Part shown: positions 8,480-16,127 of the stretch, piece by piece
Layout of the letters: the number at the start of each line of letters is the position of its first letter
Position numbering within the stretch: position 1 is the first letter of the stretch
NCBI GenBank assembly: GCA_905236005.1
Contig: CAJONJ010000044.1
Coordinates: 1-51,781, forward strand
DNA from: an uncultured Alphaproteobacteria bacterium
GTDB taxonomy: Bacteria > Pseudomonadota > Alphaproteobacteria > Rs-D84
Direction: 5' to 3'
Length of the DNA: 51,781 nt
Notes under the pieces: generated by a model
What the model was told of the DNA's origin: nothing
Databases searched by the model: none
What the model saw: the letters and a program-made list of their open reading frames with translations, nothing else
Position numbers and translations under genes: made by a program

Positions 8480-10093
8480 ATGAGAGTCCGTTTTAACATA
8501 TTATATATAGGATTTTTGTTGGCGGGATTTTTGTCTGGTTGCACGTTAAAAGAATCTGCCAAAGTTTCTGCGGTTGTAGATAATAATTTTGTACAGGCTT
8601 ATGAAGCTTTTGAAATGGCAAAAAATCCACGTGCAAAGGTATCTAGTGGCGATACTGTTTCTATGTCAGAAGGTGTTTGGTTGGGTAATAAATCAACCAT
8701 TTTGGAACATAAAAATACTTTGCCGTCTAAATTTGAAACAGATACAGGTATCACTATATTGTTAAATGAACCTGTAACTTTGCAGGTGTTGGCAAACGAT
8801 ATCAATACTATCACTGGTATTCCTGTAAAAATAGATAATCAGGTTGATGTTGAAAAATTGAAAAAGACAGTGGATGTTGCTTATACAGGTAAATTATCTG
8901 GTTTGTTATCTCAGATTGCAACTGATTTAGATTTATTATGGTATTATGACAAAGATTCCATAGTGTTTTATGAAACAGAGACCAGAACATATACTTTGTA
9001 TGCATTGGGTACAGATGTTTCATATCAATCTTCTGTGCAGACAGACGATGGAAATCAGGTTTCTTTGGAATCTACTTTGAAAGAATGGGACGAAGTTGAA
9101 TCTACTATTACTTCCATAGTATCAGCATCTAAAAATTCTCAATTTACAGTTTCACGCAGTTTGGGAACAATAACTGTGACTGCACCACCATCTGTGTTGA
9201 ATCGTGTTTCTGATTACATTGCAAAACAAAACAAAAGATTATCTCAGTTGGTAACAATAGATGTTAAAGTTTTACAGGTATCTTTGTCTAATGAATCTGC
9301 TTTCGGTTTGAATTTGACTGCGGCTATTAATTCTGCATCTGGATTGAATATTGTTGCAAATCCAAAGAATAATTTAGCCACCACAGAAGCCAGTTCTATG
9401 AATATTGCTGTGTTATCTAATGATGTTGCAAAAGCAGCAACTGGTATTTCAGACACTTATTCAAATGATCAGATAATGAATGGTTCTATGGCACGTGTTG
9501 CAGGCACAGATGCTTTGATAGAGGCTTTGGCAAAGCAGGGTAAAGTGTCTTTGGTAACAAACGTTGGTGTTACAACACGTAATAATCGGGTTGCACCAGT
9601 AACTAATACCAGAACAACTGGATATATAAAACGTTTTGAATCACGTAATTTTACAACTGTTGAATCCAGTACAGTTGACCAAGATAATTTGGAAACAGGT
9701 TTTTCAATGCAGTTGTTGCCAAATATTTTAGAAAACGGTAAAATTTTATTGTTGTTTAAAATGTCAATTCGTGAATTGTTAAGAATGTCCACTCAGACTA
9801 TCGGTGAACAGATGAAGGTTACATTACAATTACCAGAAGTAGAAGAACGTTCTTTTATGCAAGAAGTTATCATGGAATCTGGTCAAATGTTGGTTGTATC
9901 TGGATTTGAAAAACAGAAGAATAATGATACACGTTATGGTTTGGGTGATCCTGATTTTATGGCATTGTCTGGTTCTCGTGAAACAGCTGCATCTCGTGAA
10001 GTGTTGGTTGTTATTCTGACACCACAGGTTTTAGTCAGTCCGATGGATGCAGAAAAGAATATTCAGCAACATTGGGGTGCCCCATTGAATTAG
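8480..10093 (+). CDS. Outer-membrane lipoprotein secretin, PilN (type IVb)-like
   Basis: AGGAGA RBS then MRVRFNILYIGFLLAGFLSGC (lipobox). N-domain-like region (VTLQVLANDINTITGIPVKID). C-terminal secretin domain (VTIDVKVLQVSLSNESAFGLNL ... LLPNILENGKILLLFKMSI ... SGQMLVVSGFEKQ ... REVLVVILTPQVL). Confidence 0.82.
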   Translation: MRVRFNILYIGFLLAGFLSGCTLKESAKVSAVVDNNFVQAYEAFEMAKNPRAKVSSGDTVSMSEGVWLGNKSTILEHKNTLPSKFETDTGITILLNEPVTLQVLANDINTITGIPVKIDNQVDVEKLKKTVDVAYTGKLSGLLSQIATDLDLLWYYDKDSIVFYETETRTYTLYALGTDVSYQSSVQTDDGNQVSLESTLKEWDEVESTITSIVSASKNSQFTVSRSLGTITVTAPPSVLNRVSDYIAKQNKRLSQLVTIDVKVLQVSLSNESAFGLNLTAAINSASGLNIVANPKNNLATTEASSMNIAVLSNDVAKAATGISDTYSNDQIMNGSMARVAGTDALIEALAKQGKVSLVTNVGVTTRNNRVAPVTNTRTTGYIKRFESRNFTTVESSTVDQDNLETGFSMQLLPNILENGKILLLFKMSIRELLRMSTQTIGEQMKVTLQLPEVEERSFMQEVIMESGQMLVVSGFEKQKNNDTRYGLGDPDFMALSGSRETAASREVLVVILTPQVLVSPMDAEKNIQQHWGAPLN

Positions 10094-10134
10094 TTTTTTC
10101 TTTGAAACACAGGATATCAAAAAGAGGACAGAGA

Positions 10135-11100
10135 ATGAAAATATCAATGAAACATTGTTTGGGGTTTCTTTTAGCATTATGTTTGGTATTTCCATTGTAT
10201 GCAGATGATTCTGAATTGATACGCAAAGCAACAGAAATGTATGAAGCGACACGTATAACGTGTTCTGGTATATCTGATGAAATCAGTAAAATTTCCAATA
10301 TATCAAAGGCAAATACGGCTGTGACTGCTGTTGGAACGGTTGCTTCGACTGGTGCATTGGCGGTTGGTATTAAAAAATCAGAAGAAGAAAAAGAAATTGA
10401 AGCGTTGATCGTTGAAATATGTAAAAAAGGGGGCTGTACGAGAGCTGGTGTTGAAAAAATGTCAGATGAACAGTTTTTTAATGAAGTGGTGCTAGGATTA
10501 GAACGCCTGTATGAATTGAAACAAAAGATAGAAAAATCCAAAACGCTTGGTAATTGGCGAACAGGGTTGATGGCTGGAACGATTGGAACAAATCTGGCAT
10601 CAGCGATAATGTCCGGGATAAATATAAAACAATCAGATTTAATACAACATATAACCGCATGTAATAAAATGGTGGAAAGCATACAAGATATAGAACTGGA
10701 AATAAAACGTGCTGGGATAAATCCGTATGAACATCCGGTGGTGACAAAAATCAGTAATATTCGCACATGGTGTAATAAATTAAATACCAAAGATGTAGAA
10801 AAAATAGAAAACCGAATGAAAGGTGTGATGGGAACATCCATAGCAGGTGGTGTAATTGGTATAGTCGGTGTTGGCACCAGTGCCGCTGCGAACAGTGATA
10901 AATATATGGCGATAGAAAAGAAAGTTAGATTATCAGAAAAAGACAAAAAAACAGAACACGCATTAAATACGACAGCAAATGTGATGGCTGGTGCAAACAT
11001 AGCGACAGGTGCTGTTGAAACAGGATTAAATATATCGTTGATAACGTTGACCAAAAAAATGATTAAACAGGCACAACGTTGTGAAGAAATGTTAAAATGA
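10135..11100 (+). CDS. Secreted 4-Cys helical protein with G/A/S/T-rich segments (unknown family, member A)
   Basis: Signal peptide MKISMKHCLGFLLALCLVFPLYA; full-length paralog of 46314-47363; its stop overlaps the next gene start (ATGA). Confidence 0.7.
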   Translation: MKISMKHCLGFLLALCLVFPLYADDSELIRKATEMYEATRITCSGISDEISKISNISKANTAVTAVGTVASTGALAVGIKKSEEEKEIEALIVEICKKGGCTRAGVEKMSDEQFFNEVVLGLERLYELKQKIEKSKTLGNWRTGLMAGTIGTNLASAIMSGINIKQSDLIQHITACNKMVESIQDIELEIKRAGINPYEHPVVTKISNIRTWCNKLNTKDVEKIENRMKGVMGTSIAGGVIGIVGVGTSAAANSDKYMAIEKKVRLSEKDKKTEHALNTTANVMAGANIATGAVETGLNISLITLTKKMIKQAQRCEEMLK

Positions 11101-12188
11101 TGAAACGATTTGTATTATTTTTATTAGTGTGTTTGATGCCTTCTTTATCTTGTGCTGATGACACAGGAAATCTTGATCTAGATGATATAGGAGAGTTAAT
11201 TCTGAAGAAAACGGTAAAGCACGCAATAATAGACGATAGTGTTGATATCGATTCCGGTGTGTTTCATGATCGTTGTGAAAATAATGGGATTTATCGTGAT
11301 GAATATACAATTGATAGACGATGTTATATTACTGATGAACAAAAAAAACAATATCCATATAATGCAGTTGTAGGTTTGGTGGAAGAAGTTCTCTTCTCAT
11401 ACGGTTTAGATGGAGGAATTAAAGAGAATTATGATGATGTATATTGTACAGGTACAATTGTTCAAAATCCACAAGATATGCAGTTATATATGTATACAGC
11501 ATCACATTGTGTAAGCTATTTAACTGGTGATAATGCGGTTGTACAATTGCAAGATGGGGCAAAAATAAAGGTGCGACGAGTTAAAAATAGGGTCGGAGTA
11601 AACCTTGGTGATGTTGCTGTATACAAAATTCCAGATGATTATGTTGACAATGTTCCTTTTGCTACTGTGGATAAGAATGCTGTATTTGAGAATGCACAAA
11701 GTTATAATCTTATCGGTTATGGTACATTATCAATTATGAGTGATAAACAAATACACCAAGCAAAAGAAAAATATGCATCATTTTTTGAGATAACAGAATC
11801 AGAATTATATGCAGATGAGGAACTTATAAATAAATTAGCTTATGAGATATTACCAATGGACAGCAGGCTAAAAGGTTCATTTGATTGTAATTTGTCGCCT
11901 GATTTCCATAGTACAGCTTGTCAGGCGTGGAAAGGAAATTCTGGTGGACCGATTTTTGATAAAAATGGCAATATAGTTGCTGTTCAAGCACAGGGGTGGG
12001 CACCAATAATATCATTGAGAGATGAATTTTATGCATCAACTTTTTTTGATGGTCACGAACCAATATTGCCAGTGATTGATGATTCTGAACAATGGAAAGA
12101 TGTTAAAGACTGTATTAAACTTTGTGATCAAACAAAAAGTTGTAATGTTATGGATTGTTTGGCAAAAATGCCAAAACCAGAAATGTAA
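11097..12188 (+). CDS. Secreted trypsin-like (S1 family) serine protease, paralog 1
   Basis: Signal peptide MMKRFVLFLLVCLMPSLSCA; catalytic His in CTGTIV...YTASHCV, Asp in GDVAVYKIP, Ser in WKGNSGGPIFDKNGNIVAV. Confidence 0.85.
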   Translation: MMKRFVLFLLVCLMPSLSCADDTGNLDLDDIGELILKKTVKHAIIDDSVDIDSGVFHDRCENNGIYRDEYTIDRRCYITDEQKKQYPYNAVVGLVEEVLFSYGLDGGIKENYDDVYCTGTIVQNPQDMQLYMYTASHCVSYLTGDNAVVQLQDGAKIKVRRVKNRVGVNLGDVAVYKIPDDYVDNVPFATVDKNAVFENAQSYNLIGYGTLSIMSDKQIHQAKEKYASFFEITESELYADEELINKLAYEILPMDSRLKGSFDCNLSPDFHSTACQAWKGNSGGPIFDKNGNIVAVQAQGWAPIISLRDEFYASTFFDGHEPILPVIDDSEQWKDVKDCIKLCDQTKSCNVMDCLAKMPKPEM

Positions 12189-12218
12189 TGGCGGGTGCTG
12201 TGTCGAAACAGTATTAAA

Positions 12219-13586
12219 ATGATGAAACGAATTGTATTATTGTTATTAGTGTGTTTGATGCCAGTGTGCATGTTTTGTAATTCAGCCAAAGGAAAACCGT
12301 TGAAAATAAAAATAAGTTATCATGATCAATATGAGTGGGACATTATCGATTTGGTATCGGATAAATCCACCCAAATATCTAATGGGGTATTGATAGATAG
12401 ATGTTTGGAAAACGGCAGATTCCAACAAAATTATACAATTGATAGACGTTGTTATATTACAGACGAACAAAAAAAAGAATTTCCATATAATGCGATTGTT
12501 GGTGTGTCTGTTGATGGGGGGTGGTGTACAGGGACCCTGGTTAAAGATAATGCTGATGAATTATATGTTTATACCGCCACACATTGTGTAAAGAACCCAA
12601 ATGCCCCAATAACTGTAACATTACAAGATGGAACGACATTTTCCGCAACAACAAAATATGATAAAATGGGATCTGATGAGTATAAAGATGTTGCTGTATT
12701 AAAAATTCCATGGAAAAATAAAATATCATTAGAATTTATAAAAAGATTACCATTGGCAAAAATGGGACAATTTAATTCTGATGATATTTTTAATGTCATT
12801 GGTTATGGTTCTTTAGCGATTCTGAATGATAAGACGATACATGATATAAAACAAAAATATGCAAAACATATGGATATTGATGAAAATGAAATAGAATCAG
12901 ATAATGAAATTTATAAAAAGTTTGAAAAATTCCTGCGTGATTATACAGAGCTATTTGAAGATGATAAGAACCTGAAGGGTTCTTTTGATTGTTCTTTACG
13001 TGACAATGCTTCTGTTTGGCAAGGTAGAAATCAAACAGATTGTCAAGTGGCCCAGGGAAGTTCTGGTGGACCTGTTTTTGATAAAGATAATAATTTGGTT
13101 GCTGTTCTGACAAGGGGATATGGATTGCAAAATAATAGATATGCTACAACGTCCCTTGGTGGGGTAGAACCTGTATCTGATGTCCAAAATCAGATATATG
13201 ATTATAAGCTGATGGTGTATTCGGATTACGGCTGTTACATAGAAACAAAAGATGAAAAACACAATATTGTAGGTGACCAATTGTGTGAAGAAAAGAAACC
13301 GCCTAGGAGCTTTGATAATAGTTGGTGGGTAGCCGTTAAGGGTGGCAAGACCACATGGGGTGTTAGCCACTGTTATAACAAGGATAAATATCCCGGTGCC
13401 ACAAGCATTAATTTTTCTATCATTGGTATGGAACGTGGTGAGTATTGCTGGTGTAGATTTATTAATCAGCTAAGTAAAACTCAAGAGCAAATGGCATATT
13501 TTTCAGGTGTTGTTTATGACGATAATCAGACATGTGTAAAAAATTGTGCTTATGCGTGTGCTAAATGGTTTTTGAGTAAAGATTAA
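12219..13586 (+). CDS. Secreted trypsin-like (S1 family) serine protease, paralog 2, with Cys-rich C-terminal extension
   Basis: Start trimmed to MMKRIVLLLLVCLMPV; triad motifs YTATHCV, KDVAVLKIP, AQGSSGGPVFDKDNNLVAV; about 125 extra C-terminal residues containing 8 Cys. Confidence 0.85.
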   Translation: MMKRIVLLLLVCLMPVCMFCNSAKGKPLKIKISYHDQYEWDIIDLVSDKSTQISNGVLIDRCLENGRFQQNYTIDRRCYITDEQKKEFPYNAIVGVSVDGGWCTGTLVKDNADELYVYTATHCVKNPNAPITVTLQDGTTFSATTKYDKMGSDEYKDVAVLKIPWKNKISLEFIKRLPLAKMGQFNSDDIFNVIGYGSLAILNDKTIHDIKQKYAKHMDIDENEIESDNEIYKKFEKFLRDYTELFEDDKNLKGSFDCSLRDNASVWQGRNQTDCQVAQGSSGGPVFDKDNNLVAVLTRGYGLQNNRYATTSLGGVEPVSDVQNQIYDYKLMVYSDYGCYIETKDEKHNIVGDQLCEEKKPPRSFDNSWWVAVKGGKTTWGVSHCYNKDKYPGATSINFSIIGMERGEYCWCRFINQLSKTQEQMAYFSGVVYDDNQTCVKNCAYACAKWFLSKD

Positions 13587-13597
13587 ATATATGGACT

Positions 13598-13625
13598 AAA
13601 AAAACATCCGATCGGATGTTTTTTT
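13598..13625. terminator. Bidirectional rho-independent terminator
   Basis: A-run, palindrome catccga/tcggatg, T-run, between the convergent protease gene and rpsT. Confidence 0.8.
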
Positions 13626-13648
13626 AATTGATAAAAGCACAGCAAGAA

Positions 13649-13909
13649 TTATGCGATTTTTGCAACTTTCTTGGCCAAACGTGAAACCTTTCTGGCTGCT
13701 GTTTTCTTTGGCATTGTTTTGCCAGCCGCTTTCATGATTTTGCTTTCTGCGTTACGTGCAGCAGCAATTGCAGCAGCTTTGTCGCCAGATTCAATAGCAG
13801 TTAATGCCTTTTTAGTTGCAGTTTTAACAGCACTGCGACGTGCAGTATTGATTGCATTTTTCTTTGCTGTTACCAAAATTCTTTTATCACATGATTTATG
13901 ATTTGCCAC
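13649..13909 (-). CDS. rpsT: 30S ribosomal protein S20
   Basis: 86-aa basic ORF MANHKSCDKRILVTAKKNAINTARRSAVKTATKK typical of S20. Confidence 0.95.
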   Translation of the reverse strand: MANHKSCDKRILVTAKKNAINTARRSAVKTATKKALTAIESGDKAAAIAAARNAESKIMKAAGKTMPKKTAARKVSRLAKKVAKIA

Positions 13910-13982
13910 TTTATTTTCCTTTTATTTTATTCAGGTTTCTGTTATTTTATAGAAAACAAACTTAAAATCAAGGAAAAACGAC

Positions 13983-14570
13983 ATGATTTATATTTTTTCA
14001 ATAATTATTTCTTATTTGCTGGGTTCGGTGCCTTTTGGAATCTTGATAACAAAATTGTTTCACAAAGGCGATTTACGCAAAATCGGCAGTGGTAATATCG
14101 GTGCAACAAATGTTATGCGTGTCGGGGGATTGCGTATGGCTGGGTTGGCTTGGTTGTTGGATATGACCAAGGCTGTGCTGGCGGTTTTATTGGGTCACTA
14201 TGTTGGTGGTGAAAGTTTTGCTGTGTGGTGCGGTTTTGCTGCCATAGTTGGACATTGTTTCCCTGTGTGGTTGAAATTTAAGGGTGGAAAGGGTGTTTCT
14301 TGTTTATTTGGGGTTCTGTTGGCTGTAAATCCGATATTGTTTGTAGTTGGTGGATTGGAATGGTTATTGGTTGCGTTGGGGACTGGTTATTCTTCAGCTG
14401 GGGCATTGACAATGTTTTTGTTGATGTTGATATTGGGTTTTTGTATCAGTTTTGATGTTGGAATTGCATTTTGTGCGATTGTTTTGTTGTGTCTGTGGCG
14501 GCATCGGGAAAATGTTCTGCGTTTGTTGTCTGGAAAAGAGTCTAAAATAGAATGGAAATGGAAAAAATAG
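13983..14570 (+). CDS. plsY: Glycerol-3-phosphate acyltransferase PlsY
   Basis: 195-aa membrane ORF with the GSGNIGATNVMR motif. Confidence 0.93.
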   Translation: MIYIFSIIISYLLGSVPFGILITKLFHKGDLRKIGSGNIGATNVMRVGGLRMAGLAWLLDMTKAVLAVLLGHYVGGESFAVWCGFAAIVGHCFPVWLKFKGGKGVSCLFGVLLAVNPILFVVGGLEWLLVALGTGYSSAGALTMFLLMLILGFCISFDVGIAFCAIVLLCLWRHRENVLRLLSGKESKIEWKWKK

Positions 14571-14611
14571 CGAATTGTATGCAGATTGTATTTGTTTTTA
14601 TATTCAATTTA

Positions 14612-14620
14612 TGTTATAAT
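14612..14620 (+). promoter_or_regulatory. Extended -10 promoter element TGTTATAAT
   Basis: Exact TGnTATAAT 28 nt upstream of the 14648 start. Confidence 0.5.
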
Positions 14621-14647
14621 GCGTGACATAAAGAGGGAATTATTATC

Positions 14648-15490
14648 ATGAAATATTTTGTATCCGTGTTTGTTGTGTTGTTGTCATGCTTTGGGGCTGG
14701 GGCGGCACAGCATGGACGTCCTGCGATGGGTAATGGTCGCAGTATGGTTTCTGCACCTCGTTATACTGCGTCTGTTAATCAATTAAATGGACGTGGCAAT
14801 GCTTTGGGAACCAACGTTGTTACAACGGACGATTCGGAACCTGAACCAGAACCAAAACCAGAGCCAAAACCTGAACCAGAACCTGAACCAGAAGTTGATA
14901 TGCGTGAAGCAGAACGCAATGCGTGTATCAGCAATAACATTGGTGTTGGAAATACTTTTGTTTGGGCATCTAGATACAGTGACACGTCTAATTATGCTAC
15001 TATGGTTGAAGATGTTGAACATCCTGAAAATAATGTATGTTTTGTGCGTGTTGAATTGGGATCCAGTAATGAATCTAGAATCAAGGTTGCTGATATTGCA
15101 CCAAAATATTTTATGTGGGATGAAACCATTAAATGCGGTAGTTGGGTCAGTAAAAAAGAAATGGAAAAACGTATTTTGGATGCCAAAAAAGGTGTTCGTA
15201 TTGGTGGTATAGTTGCCAGTACTGTTGGTGGTATGGGACTGGGTGTTGGTGCGATGGAATTGTTTGGAAATAAATTGATTGGTGGTAAAGTAGAAGGACA
15301 AAAATCTCTGAAAGATAAAGATTTATACAAAGCACAATTGTTGGCTATGAAAAAAAAGGGTGGCTCTGATTATGATGAAATAAAAACTGCTTTGGATGTC
15401 ATGGTTGCCGAATGTAAGAGGAATGGCAACACGATTTCAACAGATGATTGTGATTTATATAGGTATTTGCAAACGGAATTGGAAAAATAA
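14648..15490 (+). CDS. Secreted protein with (E/K)P repeat linker and glycine-rich hydrophobic segment (unknown; possible distant member of the 4-Cys family)
   Basis: Signal peptide MKYFVSVFVVLLSCFGAGAA; SEPEPEPKPEPKPEPEPEPE linker; IGGIVASTVGGMGLGVGAMELFG segment; Cys-containing acidic C-terminus. Confidence 0.65.
   Translation: MKYFVSVFVVLLSCFGAGAAQHGRPAMGNGRSMVSAPRYTASVNQLNGRGNALGTNVVTTDDSEPEPEPKPEPKPEPEPEPEVDMREAERNACISNNIGVGNTFVWASRYSDTSNYATMVEDVEHPENNVCFVRVELGSSNESRIKVADIAPKYFMWDETIKCGSWVSKKEMEKRILDAKKGVRIGGIVASTVGGMGLGVGAMELFGNKLIGGKVEGQKSLKDKDLYKAQLLAMKKKGGSDYDEIKTALDVMVAECKRNGNTISTDDCDLYRYLQTELEK
14837..14893 (+). repeat. In-frame GAACCW/AAACCW hexanucleotide repeat encoding (E/K)P dipeptides
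   Basis: gaacctgaaccagaaccaaaaccagagccaaaacctgaaccagaacctgaaccagaa read directly; lies inside the CDS 14648-15490. Confidence 0.9.
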
Positions 15491-15505
15491 AGTAGAGGTA
15501 GGCAA

Positions 15506-16069
15506 ATGAAAAAAATTTTGATAATGTCTTTTATGTTGTTACCAATGATAGCGAATGCTGCACCGGCTGTAAAGTTGTTGGGTAACAATAATCCGTCTGT
15601 TGCTGGAACCAAGACTGTTGTTCCTGCAAAAGTAACACCGGCCAGAGCAGCTGCTTTGGCAAAGACAGGAAACGCAGCACGTGTTGGGACTTTGCGTGCA
15701 AAATCTGCGACAACTAATGCTGGGACTGGTTCTACTGCTCGTTTTCCAGTAATTATTCCAACAAAAGTTTATACTACGAGTAATGCACCAAAAGCAACAG
15801 GTGGCGGTACAACAATTGTTCCAGCAGATACATCTGCAATAGAAGGTAAGTTAGATGATTTAACAGATCGTATAGGTGATTTAGAAAATACTGTTAATGT
15901 GACCCATAACACACAAATAAACAACAATACTAACAATATACGCCAAATAAATACCGATTTGGGAGATGATCCAAGATTTGATTCTGTGGTTGTTGGTGAA
16001 GAACATTTACATACTCGCCAAGGTTTACCAGAACATCGTGCATGGATGTGGATTGAATTACCAGAATAG
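15506..16069 (+). CDS. Secreted protein with Ala/Thr/Lys-rich N-half and coiled-coil C-half (unknown)
   Basis: Signal peptide MKKILIMSFMLLPMIANA; heptad-like EGKLDDLTDRIGDLENTVNV; 15 nt downstream of the previous gene. Confidence 0.6.
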   Translation: MKKILIMSFMLLPMIANAAPAVKLLGNNNPSVAGTKTVVPAKVTPARAAALAKTGNAARVGTLRAKSATTNAGTGSTARFPVIIPTKVYTTSNAPKATGGGTTIVPADTSAIEGKLDDLTDRIGDLENTVNVTHNTQINNNTNNIRQINTDLGDDPRFDSVVVGEEHLHTRQGLPEHRAWMWIELPE

Positions 16070-16090
16070 GTGATATTTAACTTTTTAGTT

Positions 16091-16125
16091 AAAAGGATTG
16101 TAGATTTGTTCTATAATCCTTTTTG
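16091..16125 (+). terminator. Rho-independent terminator
   Basis: 9-bp stem aaaaggatt/aatcctttt followed by a T-run, directly before the dprA start. Confidence 0.6.
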
Positions 16126-16127
16126 TT

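Noticed and set aside
10035-11054. A 339-aa open reading frame antisense to the 10135-11100 gene, strikingly long for an AT-rich genome
   Set aside because: The plus-strand product has a signal peptide, an RBS, a full-length paralog at 46314-47363 and translational coupling to the next gene. The antisense frame is low-complexity (Ile/Ser/Phe/Pro-rich), lacks an RBS, and is not open in the paralogous locus. It is most likely a by-product of the sense codon composition.
14837-14893. Short tandem repeat considered as a CRISPR-like or satellite element
   Set aside because: The period is 6 nt, in frame and without spacers. It encodes a Glu/Lys-Pro linker inside a CDS, so it is not a CRISPR array.
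14783-15330. Several alternative-frame and antisense ORFs (172, 141, 112 aa) across the 14648-15490 gene, including WFRFWF-type repeats
   Set aside because: They are alternative readings of the (E/K)P hexanucleotide repeat and of a gene whose plus-strand frame has a signal peptide and promoter. There is no support for separate genes.
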